DNA of 64,000 nucleotides, from the NCBI GenBank assembly GCA_963823205.1, contig CAWGKL010000006.1, positions 3,072 through 67,071 on the forward strand, given 5' to 3'. The DNA comes from Terriglobia bacterium (lineage in GTDB: Bacteria > Acidobacteriota > Terriglobia > Acidiferrales > UBA7541). The first letter of the stretch is position 1. The number at the start of each line of letters is the position of its first letter. Positions 1-7,568 of this stretch are shown here, one piece after another. The position numbers were made by a program, and so were the translations under genes. The notes under the pieces were generated by a model. It was not told the DNA's origin. It saw only the letters and a program-made list of their open reading frames with translations, and ran no database searches.

Positions 1-741
1 CCTGTGCCTCCCTCAGCGAGTCGAAAATCTCTCCGTTCAGGCATTCGTCCCGCAACTTCCCGTTGAAACTTTCGCAGTAGCCGTTCTCCCAGGGGCTCCC
101 CGGTTCGATGTACAGCGTCCCCGTACCCACCTTCGCCAGCCACTTCCGCAGTTCGTCGGCGACGAACTCCGGGCCGTTGTCCGAGCGAATGTTCTCCGGA
201 ATTCCCCGGACAGCATCACGTCCGCCAGCGCTTCGATTACTTCGTACCTTCCCAGTCTTCGGGCCACCCGAATCGCCAAACACTCCCGCGTGTACTCGTC
301 GATCAGCGTCAGCATGCGCAGTGTTCTTCCGTCGTGCGTCTTTCCACTCACGAAGTCGTAGCTCCACACATGATTCGCTCGCTCTGGCCGCAAGCGAATG
401 CACGACCCGTCGTTCAACCACAATCTCCCTCGTGGCCTTCGTTTCTGCGGCACTTTCAACCCTTCCCGCCGCCAGATTCGCTGTACTCGGTCTTTGCCTA
501 CATGCCAACCTCGATCCCGCAGCACCGCTGTGATCCGCCGGTAGCCGTAGCGCCCGTATTCGCCGGCCAGCGCCACGATCTCTCGTGTCAGCGCATCTTC
601 GTCCGTTCGGTAGATCCCCTCGTAGCGTTGTGTCCCTCTCCACTGCCCCAGCAGCCGGCAGGCATGCCGCTCCGATACCCGGTAACTCTCGCGTGCATGC
701 CTGACCGCGCCACGCCGCCGCTCAGGGCCTAGAAGTTTCCC
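1..741 (-). pseudogene. IS3-family transposase OrfB (DDE integrase core), frame-disrupted and truncated by the window edge
   Basis: ORF 37..576 reads ...YGYRRITAVLRDRGWHVGKDRVQRIWRREGL...HVWSYDFV...LTLIDEYTRECLAI.... The expected continuation GIPENIRSDNGPEFVADELRKWLAKVGTGTLYIEPGSPWENGYCESFNGKLRDECLNGEIF is present in another frame from about 208 down to position 1, so there is a 1-nt indel near 204-209. Confidence 0.8.
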
Positions 742-1007
742 TCCGCAACATCCTTCAGAATTTGCTTCTCCAAAGACAGCTCTGCCACCAGCCGCTTCAG
801 CTTGGCGTTTTCCCGTTCCAGTTCCTTGAGACGTTTGGCCTGATCGAGTTTTAATCCGCCGAATTCCTTCCGCCAGCGGTAGTAGGTCTGTGCGGTGATC
901 TCGGCTTCTTCGCAGGCTTGCGGAGTGGTTTTCCCGTTGGCGAGTTCCACTTCAACCTGCCGTAACAACGTCACAATCTGCTCCGGCTTGTATTTCTTCA
1001 TTGGCAT
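729..1007 (-). CDS. IS3-family transposase OrfA (helix-turn-helix / leucine-zipper part)
   Basis: Translation MPMKKYKPEQIVTLLRQVEVELANGKTTPQACEEAEITAQTYYRWRKEFGGLKLDQAKRLKELERENAKLKRLVAE... is typical of IS3 OrfA. The start was chosen at an internal Met of ORF 729..1040. Confidence 0.85.
   Translation of the reverse strand: MPMKKYKPEQIVTLLRQVEVELANGKTTPQACEEAEITAQTYYRWRKEFGGLKLDQAKRLKELERENAKLKRLVAELSLEKQILKDVAEGNF
735..741 (-). promoter_or_regulatory. putative -1 programmed ribosomal frameshift heptamer G GGA AAC at the OrfA/OrfB junction
   Basis: The minus strand reads GAG GGA AAC TTC TAG. GGGAAAC fits the X XXY YYZ slippery pattern. The -1 frame (GGG AAA CTT CTA GGC...) continues into OrfB. 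Confidence 0.45.
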
Positions 1008-1072
1008 ACCAGCTTCCCTCCAGAGTGAATTCTCTCTCACTCCCGCTGGTACAAAAAATCCCGGTCAGGTCA

Positions 1073-1875
1073 CCCCGGCCCCCAATAACCGATAACCGCC
1101 AGTTCTGCGAGGAATCCTCAAGTTTCCAAAGGCTTGGGATAATTTCCCCGCTTCCCCTTTCCCCATTGGCCAATGAAAACGACTGATGCTCGCGTTGATC
1201 GGAAACCAAAGCGTCGGTGTGGTCAAATCTTATCAACCGCGAAACAAGCAGACTGTTTCTCCTTGGTATTTTGTGCCACAACAATCTGCCCGATTAGGTC
1301 GTCGCGAGAGGTATCGGAAGTATCCACTGCGATAATGTATCCATCGAGGATGAGCGGCGACATCGAATTGCCCACCACTCTAAGACTAATTGTGGACGCA
1401 GGGTTGGGACACCATTCTATAGGCGCTGCCCAGAGGGCTTCGGGTTTCAACTGGTCAAGATCGGAAACTTCGTCTCCCTCAGCGCCAGGCGTAGCTGCCC
1501 GAACAGGGAGAATCGGAATGGCGACGAAACTCGCCGGTTTCAGTGAACTCGCTGCGCCGGCGTGGACGACTTGCACACTTGCAATTCTGCCTTGGCGTAA
1601 ACGCCGGCTTGCCGTCGGCAGGACCCGCATCACATCCGCAGTGCTAAGACCCGCGCGTTCCCAAAAAACCAACAGAGCGGATCATCCGCGATATTCCCAA
1701 GCCGTATGTATGCATCTGCGGGAGGCTCGCTGTCTCCGCGCTCCCATCGGGAAACGGCCATCGCGGAAGTTCTCAGTCGCTTGCCGAGTTCGCCCTGGGT
1801 GAGCTTCAGAGCTTGGCGAAAAGCGGCGATTTTTCGAGACCACTCAGGAACAGCACTGGAAGATTTCCGAACCAT
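1073..1875 (-). pseudogene. XRE-HTH + S24 peptidase repressor (phage CI / LexA-like), at least 2 frame disruptions, 3' end abutted by the IS3
   Basis: ORF 1630..1875 carries the HTH (IAAFRQALKLTQGELGKRLRTSAMAVSRWERG). ORF 1223..1672 carries the S24 core (LRVVGNSMSPLILDGYIIAVD). The S24 C-terminal strand (LLVSRLIRFDHTDALVSDQ) lies in a third frame (ORF 952..1284), which runs straight into the IS. Confidence 0.7.
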
Positions 1876-1888
1876 AAAATCCAGCCGT

Positions 1889-2032
1889 TTAAGTCAGACT
1901 ACAATCCATATATAACGCCAACACAAGGAAAAGCCAAGTACAGAATCCCTTTCCCTCCCCGTACGCCGAAATCGCGCACAGCAGAAGAATCGCCACGATC
2001 CAGCCCTCATTCTGGAAAAATTCTCCTTTCAT
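1889..2032 (-). CDS. possible small hydrophobic protein (47 aa), hypothetical
   Basis: Internal Met of ORF 1889..2143 gives MKGEFFQNEGWIVAILLLCAISAYGEGKGFCTWLFLVLALYMDCSLT. G+C is lower than the surroundings and a GGGAGAG is 8 nt upstream. No recognisable family. Confidence 0.2.
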   Translation of the reverse strand: MKGEFFQNEGWIVAILLLCAISAYGEGKGFCTWLFLVLALYMDCSLT

Positions 2033-2058
2033 GATATGTCTCTCCCACCACCCCGCCC

Positions 2059-2102
2059 GATTATATAATCCCGCTCCGTGACTCCGATCCCACCCGAGCG
2101 CC
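2059..2102. repeat. 44-nt direct repeat, copy A (duplicate of the permease promoter / 5' end)
   Basis: GATTATATAATCCCGCTCCGTGACT is identical to 3475-3499. The next 19 nt match 13/19. Confidence 0.85.
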
Positions 2103-2112
2103 TGGCAGTATC

Positions 2113-2307
2113 CTAGTTCGAGCGAAACGTATTGTGTGGTCATTCTGCCTGCCCTGACGTAGGAAGGGAGCGGAGTCCCGCGTTCTTGGTTTTCCCGCCG
2201 CCTCTTGGCGGGCGCGGGACGCAGTCGAAGTACGGTTTTCCATCGCTCGGTGTTTGAGCGATGAATCCCTCTTCGCGTCCCCCCAATCCGGGAATTTTTT
2301 CAAATTA
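2113..2307. repeat. ~190-bp hairpin-rich repeat element, copy 1 (inverted copy at 47681-47850)
   Basis: ...TTCGAGCGAAACGTATTGTG...GAGCGGAGTCCCGCGTTCTTGGTTTTCCCGCCGCCTCTTGGCGGGCGCGGGACGCAGTCGAAGTACGGTTTTCCATCGCTCGGTGTTTGAGCGATGAATCCC...TTTTTCAAATT matches the reverse complement of 47681-47850 with a few mismatches and one ~20-nt indel. Confidence 0.85.
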
Positions 2308-2450
2308 GCACACCACCGGAAACCGAAGCTGAGTCCGTCTCATTCGTCGTGTGCAGTGGAATCTATGCCTTCTACCAAGGGCGCGGAGAGATTCTGATCG
2401 GTATTGACCCCGTGGAATGAGATGGACCCACCGCTCAGGAAAACAACCGA

Positions 2451-2488
2451 CAAGAAAAAGCCCCACGCTCGTAAACCGAGCGTAGGGC
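2451..2488 (-). terminator. intrinsic terminator downstream of CDS 2557..3345
   Basis: The minus strand reads CCCTACGCTCG-GTTTA-CGAGCGTGGGG followed by CTTTTTCTTG. Confidence 0.65.
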
Positions 2489-2556
2489 ACCCTGAAAACC
2501 AAAGGCTACAGCCTGGGCCACCCGCCGGGAGGGGAATGCGCATGTCAGCGGCCGCG

Positions 2557-3345
2557 CTAACTCTTCTCCATCCACTTTTCGACATTTTTAGCGATACGTG
2601 TCGTCTTCAATGCTTCCTGAAAGGGTGATTTGATATTCTTCGAGAAATCCACGAGAAGCATCGGATGCAACGGGCTTGCAGCAAAACAACATGTTCGCGA
2701 CTCAGCGGTTACGGTTCTTCCCACTTCCAGGACGAATTGAATTCCGCACGCATTGAATCGGTAGTTGAACTTTCCTTCCGTTGAGTCCCGATAGGGATAA
2801 CAGAACTGTATAGATTGGTGGGGCCAGGGTAGTACTCCCGCGGTCAAGAACATCCACTCCGGGAAAGGAGTTTTGCCTAGCAAGAACGTCCGAAGGGGTT
2901 CGGTATAAGGTCCCAGATTAATCCACGGCTCCTTCCTGCTTCCACTCCAAGTATGTACAGCGCCCTTGAAAAAGATTCCCATCGCGAAATGAATCAACTT
3001 ATCCGATTGGATCTCAGGATTTTTTGCGGCGAGATATATCTTCGTCTCCTCATGCACCTGGGACGGTGGCTGTTTTACGAGTACGTCGTAAAGCGGAAAC
3101 GAGGTGTCAAGCCGCGCGAGCACGGGCAAGACCCACGTTTCGCCCCCTTTGTTGAAAACATCCTCGCAATCCTTACAGAAAACGTAATCGTGGAGCATCC
3201 TGTCACTCTCAATGATGATCTCAGGCGATACCACGATCGCATGGCCGCCCGGCGGCCTACAGAAATCGCCGAGCGCCGCAGGCATAAAATGACTATCCCG
3301 CAACGGTTTCTCTTTTTGGCAAAGCGGACATTTGCCGGTAGGCAT
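2557..3345 (-). CDS. hypothetical protein with N-terminal CxxC...SH..P..LG...CxxC module (possible degenerate HNH/zinc-ribbon), low-G+C orphan
   Basis: 262-aa ORF with a clean coding appearance. The N-terminus is MPTGKCPLCQKEKPLRDSHFMPAALGDF...VFCKDCEDVFNKGGE. It is visibly more AT-rich than the flanking genes and has its own terminator. Confidence 0.7.
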   Translation of the reverse strand: MPTGKCPLCQKEKPLRDSHFMPAALGDFCRPPGGHAIVVSPEIIIESDRMLHDYVFCKDCEDVFNKGGETWVLPVLARLDTSFPLYDVLVKQPPSQVHEETKIYLAAKNPEIQSDKLIHFAMGIFFKGAVHTWSGSRKEPWINLGPYTEPLRTFLLGKTPFPEWMFLTAGVLPWPHQSIQFCYPYRDSTEGKFNYRFNACGIQFVLEVGRTVTAESRTCCFAASPLHPMLLVDFSKNIKSPFQEALKTTRIAKNVEKWMEKS

Positions 3346-3474
3346 AAGGTGAATTGACGGATTCTGTCACAGTTTTATGATCTAAGTACACGGCGGGTGG
3401 CGCAGGCTTTCGGCCGTGTTGCGTCACGCTGTTGGCAGAAATTAACAGCGCGGTGTGGCCGCCCGTGCCCGCTG

Positions 3475-3518
3475 GATTATATAATCCCGCTCCGTGACTG
3501 CAACCCCGCCTGAGCGCC
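3475..3518. repeat. 44-nt direct repeat, copy B (contains TATAAT at 3480-3485 and the GTG start of the permease)
   Basis: See copy A at 2059-2102. Confidence 0.85.
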
Positions 3519-4966
3519 CTCGCGGCGCGCCCGAAGCCCCCGCCGGCGGCGCTCCGCAACTCGTTCGCGGCCTCACTCTTTTCCCCGCCACGGCATTGAA
3601 TATGACGGACATGATCGGCGCCGGCCCATTCATCACCTTGCCGCTGATGGTCGCCGCCATGGGTGGCCCGCAGGCCCTCTATGGCTGGATAGCCGGCGCG
3701 GTCGTTTCCATGTCCGACGGCCTGGTTTGGGCCGAGCTCGGAGCGGCTATGCCCAAAGCCGGCGGTTCCTACGAATACCTCGAAGAAATTTACGGACGCC
3801 GAAAACTCGGCCGTCTGCTCTCTTTCCTGTTCGTCTTTCAAGTCGTATTCAGCGCTCCGGTTTCGATGGCCACCGGCTGCATCGGCCTGGCCGGATATTC
3901 CTCCTACCTCTTCCCGAAGCTGAGCAGAATTTTCTGGCATGCCAATTTTCAGTTCAATTTTCTGGGGCAGGTTCATCTGCCGCTCGAAATCTCCGGCGCG
4001 ACGCTCGTGGCCGTGGCATCGGCCTTGCTCGCCACCTGGCTCGTCTATCGGCGGATCACCGGCGTGGGCCGCATCGCAAAACTTCTCTGGATCGGAGTAG
4101 CCGCCACTTTTGGATTCGTGATTTTTATCGGCCTCACGCATTTCCATCGCAGCCTCGCGTTCCCCCCCGGCTGGTCGCACCCACCGTCCTCCGGCTTTAT
4201 GATGGGATTTTCCGCGGCCCTGCTGATTTCCCTCTACGACTACTGGGGCTACGAAAATGTCTGCTTCCTCGGCGAAGAAGTGATCCAGCCGCAAAAGACA
4301 ATCCCTCGCTCCATCATCCTTTCGGTCGCCGTGGTTGCCGTCCTCTACATCGCGATGAATATCAGCATTTTGGGAATCCTGCCGGCCGGCGAAGTCATGG
4401 CCATGGCGCACGGAACGGGCCACAATTTTGCCGCCGCGCGCGCCGCCGAGGTTGTGTACGGCCATTGGGCCGGCACTCTCGTTTCGCTTCTAGTCATCTG
4501 GACCGCCTTCGCATCCGTCTTTTCCCTTCTGGCCGGCTATTCGCGCATCCCCTTCGCCGCCGCGCGAGACGGCAATTTCTTCTCCTTCTTTCAGCAACTG
4601 GACGCCAAGCGCAAATTTCCCGCGCACAGTGTTCTTCTCCTCGGCGCCCTCGCCGCGCTCTTCTGTCTCTTCCAATTGGAGGACCTCCTCAGCGCCCTCG
4701 TCGTGATTCGCATCCTCCTCCTCTTCCTGGTTCAGGCCGTGGGCGTCGTCCTCTGGCGCATCTCGGACCCCGCCCATCCGCGCCCCTTCCGCATGTGGCT
4801 TTACCCCTTGCCCGTGCTCATCACCCTCGCCGGTTTTGCCCTCGTTCTGTATGACCACTTGGCGCTGATTGCGCGCGCTCTCGTCTTCACAGCTCTTGGA
4901 CTCGCCCTTTATCTCGTTCGTTCGGCCAAAGGCCGTGAGTGGCCGTTCTTCAAAGCAGACTCTTGA
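3494..4966 (+). CDS. APC-superfamily amino acid permease
   Basis: 490-aa polytopic membrane protein. The N-terminal motifs LTLFPATALNMTDMIGAGPFITLP and PKAGGSYEYL are typical of APC transporters. The GTG start lies 9 nt after a TATAAT, so the start position is uncertain. Confidence 0.85.
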   Translation: MTATPPERPRGAPEAPAGGAPQLVRGLTLFPATALNMTDMIGAGPFITLPLMVAAMGGPQALYGWIAGAVVSMSDGLVWAELGAAMPKAGGSYEYLEEIYGRRKLGRLLSFLFVFQVVFSAPVSMATGCIGLAGYSSYLFPKLSRIFWHANFQFNFLGQVHLPLEISGATLVAVASALLATWLVYRRITGVGRIAKLLWIGVAATFGFVIFIGLTHFHRSLAFPPGWSHPPSSGFMMGFSAALLISLYDYWGYENVCFLGEEVIQPQKTIPRSIILSVAVVAVLYIAMNISILGILPAGEVMAMAHGTGHNFAAARAAEVVYGHWAGTLVSLLVIWTAFASVFSLLAGYSRIPFAAARDGNFFSFFQQLDAKRKFPAHSVLLLGALAALFCLFQLEDLLSALVVIRILLLFLVQAVGVVLWRISDPAHPRPFRMWLYPLPVLITLAGFALVLYDHLALIARALVFTALGLALYLVRSAKGREWPFFKADS

Positions 4967-5195
4967 TTTTCGTTGCCGGACTTTTCGGAGCCGGTTGAAA
5001 ACCACCACCACCACCGCTCCAAAACCACCACTGATTTACAGGCTTACGATCCGACGATTTCCGCACCTCCTCCGTAAGTCATTGCGTCCAAAAGTTGTAG
5101 CTCTGCACGCGGGATAATGTCGCTTTGGCATCAACCCTGCATTACCGAGGATGGATTCAAGAATTCCTGGTGGCGCGCCCGCCGGGAGGAGAACG

Positions 5196-7415
5196 ATGAA
5201 AAAGTTCCATAGTCAGTTTGGCGGTCATCATTCTGATGCTGGGGACAGTAGGCATTTCCTTCGCGCAAGACCAGCAACCTGGCCCGTACGATCAAGCTGG
5301 ACCATATGACCAGGGTGGGCCGCAAGATCAACAGGCTGGACCGTATGATCAGGGTGGGCCACAAGATCAACAGCCGGGACCATATGACCAGAGTGGGCCA
5401 CGAGATCAACAGCCGGGACCGTATGACCAGGGTGGGCCACAAGACCAACAGCCGGGACCGTATGATCAGGCTGGTCCTTCCGATCAGGCTCCTCCGTCCG
5501 ATCAGGGCAATCAGGCGCAGCCCGGCATGGCGCGCCTCAGCTTCATTCAAGGCAGCGTTTCCACGCAGCGCGGCGACACCGGCGATTGGGTCGCCGTGAC
5601 GGTGAACACGCCCGTTGCCGTAGGCGACCGCATCTCCACGGGAGAGGGCGGACGCGCGGAACTCCAGCTCGATTACGCTGACATCCTGCGCATGTCCAGT
5701 GGCGCGACCGCGAAAATTGCCGGTCTGGATCGCACGAATATTCAAGTGCAGGTGGGCCAGGGTCTCGCCACCTATTCCGTTTTGAAGGACGCCCAAGCAA
5801 CCTCGGAAATTGATACGCCCAATGCCGCCATCCACCCGCTGGGCGAGGGCGATTACCGCATCCTCGTCAATTCAGACACGGAATCGCAAGTAATCATCCG
5901 CGAAGGCTCGGCGGAGATTTCCACGCCGCAAGGCAGCACGCGCGTGGAAAAGGGGCAGGTGATCACCGTCGAGGGCGCAAGCAACGACAATCCGCAATAC
6001 AAAATTGATCCAGCGCCGGGCGCCGACGAGTGGGATTCCTGGAATCATGATCGCAACGGCTCCATTTCAAACGCCGCGAGCTGGCAGCACACAGACCAGT
6101 ATTACACCGGCTCGCAAGACCTCGACCAATATGGCGCTTGGTCCGAAGTCCCCGATTATGGTCAGGTGTGGATTCCCTCTCAGGAACCAGGATGGGCCCC
6201 CTATAGCTCGGGCCAGTGGGTTTGGGAGCCTTATTACGGTTGGACGTGGGTTTCCTATGAGCCGTGGGGCTGGGCGCCCTATCACTATGGCCGTTGGTTC
6301 GTTTACGGCGGCCGGTGGGCGTGGTGGCCGGGTCCTGTAGTGCGGGGGTATTATCCCATCTGGTCGCCGGCGTACGTTTCCTTCTTTGGCTGGGGAGGCA
6401 GGGGTTGGGGTATCGGATTTGGCTTCGGCTTCGGATTTGGGAGCGTTGGCTGGCTTCCGTGCGGGCCGGGCGATTGGTATCACCCGTGGTGGGGCCGGTG
6501 GGGCGGCCGCTTCAACGCCTACAATGATTTCGGCAATCGCGCCTCCCACGATGGATTTGGCCCGCTCGCCGGAGAACATGGCTTCTCGAATATCCACGAG
6601 GCCCTCACGAACGACCGCGTGCGCGCGGGAATACGCTCCATGAACGCAAACCAATTCGGACGTTCTTCCGTTCCGTCGCACCAGGAAGGAATGAGCGCAG
6701 GCTCCTTCCGGCAGGCCAGCATGATAACCGGCAAGATGCCCATCACGCCGGGGCGCGGGAGTTACAGCGCGACCGGCCGTGGGGCCGACCCATCATCCTT
6801 CCGGAATGCTCCGTCCGGCTCGCAGCACTTCTTTACATCCTCCCGGTCCGGCGCGGCCTTCGGGAACAATTCGGCCCGGGAGCAATCGGCATTTGCCCCC
6901 GGTCGCAACGGCGGCTCGTCGAATCGCTCTTCGTACCAGGCGGCGATTTCGAATCGCGGTTCGGCTTCCACGCAATCCACACGGTCCGGCTGGCGCACGT
7001 TCACGCCACCCCAATCCTCGAATCGCGGCACGGCGAACAACTCCGCGCGGGAAACCTACGGCTCGGCCTCGCGCAACTCGGGATCCACGACGGGAAATCG
7101 CGGCGGCTGGGACCAGTATAATTCGCCGGAGCGTGGTTCGCAGCGCACCTATCAGCCGCCCGCAAATTCCTCGCGCGGCTGGAGTGAAGGCTACTCCAAT
7201 TCATACTCCCGTCCGCCGCTCAATATGCGCCAGCCCATCGTGGTGCCGCGAGGCGGATCTTCCGGCTCCACTCACCGCGAGGCTCCTATAGTGCGCCACG
7301 CGGCGGCAATAGCGCGCCACGCGGTCCCTTGGGTGGCGGAGGCGCTTCCCGCGGCGGCGGAGGTGGCGGCAGTTCTCATGGTGGCGGAGGCGGAGGCGGC
7401 GGCCACCGGCGTTAA
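5196..7415 (+). CDS. secreted FecR-domain protein with Trp/Gly/Tyr-rich repeat region and Ser/Gly/Asn/Arg-rich tail (2 frame disruptions)
   Basis: The FecR-like segment is ARLSFIQGSVSTQRGDTGDWVAVTVNTPVAVGDRISTGEGGRAELQL. The Trp-rich block is YGAWSEVPDYGQVWIPSQEPGWAPYSSGQWVWEPYYGWTWVSYEPWGWAPYHYGRWF. ATG 5196 has a GGAGGA SD but is out of frame with ORF 5218..7443 unless the A5 run 5199-5203 is really A4, which gives MKSSIVSLAVIILMLGTVGISFAQ. The tail after ~7270 reads naturally (GSYSAPRGGNSAPRG...GGGGHRR*) in another frame ending at 7415. Confidence 0.8.
5266..5512 (+). repeat. in-frame tandem coding repeat (about 39-nt unit, GPYDQGGPQDQQP)
   Basis: QQPGPYDQAGPYDQGGPQDQQAGPYDQGGPQDQQPGPYDQSGPRDQQPGPYDQGGPQDQQPGPYDQAGPSDQAPPSDQ sits directly after the signal peptide. 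Confidence 0.85.
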
Positions 7416-7449
7416 ATGGCTTCTTCCCTTCATACACTCCTAATCATAA

Positions 7450-7477
7450 CCGCGGCCCCGAGCGATCGGGGTCGCGG
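7450..7477 (+). terminator. GC-rich hairpin after FecR paralogue 1 (no U-tract)
   Basis: CCGCGGCCCCGA-GCGA-TCGGGGTCGCGG forms a 12-bp stem with one G-U pair. Confidence 0.3.
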
Positions 7478-7568
7478 AGTATCCCGTGGCTTGGAGGAAT
7501 CCCGCTCGAAATAGGCTCTGAGGATAATTCATGCTATTTATAGACTAGGTCGCGAAAGGAATTACCCC

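Larger units (their letters stand above)
1..1072 (-). mobile_element. IS3-family insertion sequence, partial (other end lies beyond the window start)
   Basis: OrfA (HTH) is followed by a -1-frame OrfB (DDE integrase core). The minus-strand terminus TGACCTGACCGGGATTTTTTGTACC ending at 1072 resembles an IS3-type TG... terminal inverted repeat. The boundary is inferred because the second IR is outside the window. Confidence 0.8.

Noticed and set aside
5218-7443. Taking the ORF-track coordinates (TTG 5218 to stop 7443) at face value for FecR paralogue 1
   Set aside because: ATG 5196 has a strong SD and gives a canonical signal peptide after correction of a 1-nt homopolymer. The last ~55 codons of the listed ORF are Ala/Val-rich and atypical. 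The alternative frame continues the Gly/Ser/Arg-rich tail to a stop at 7415.
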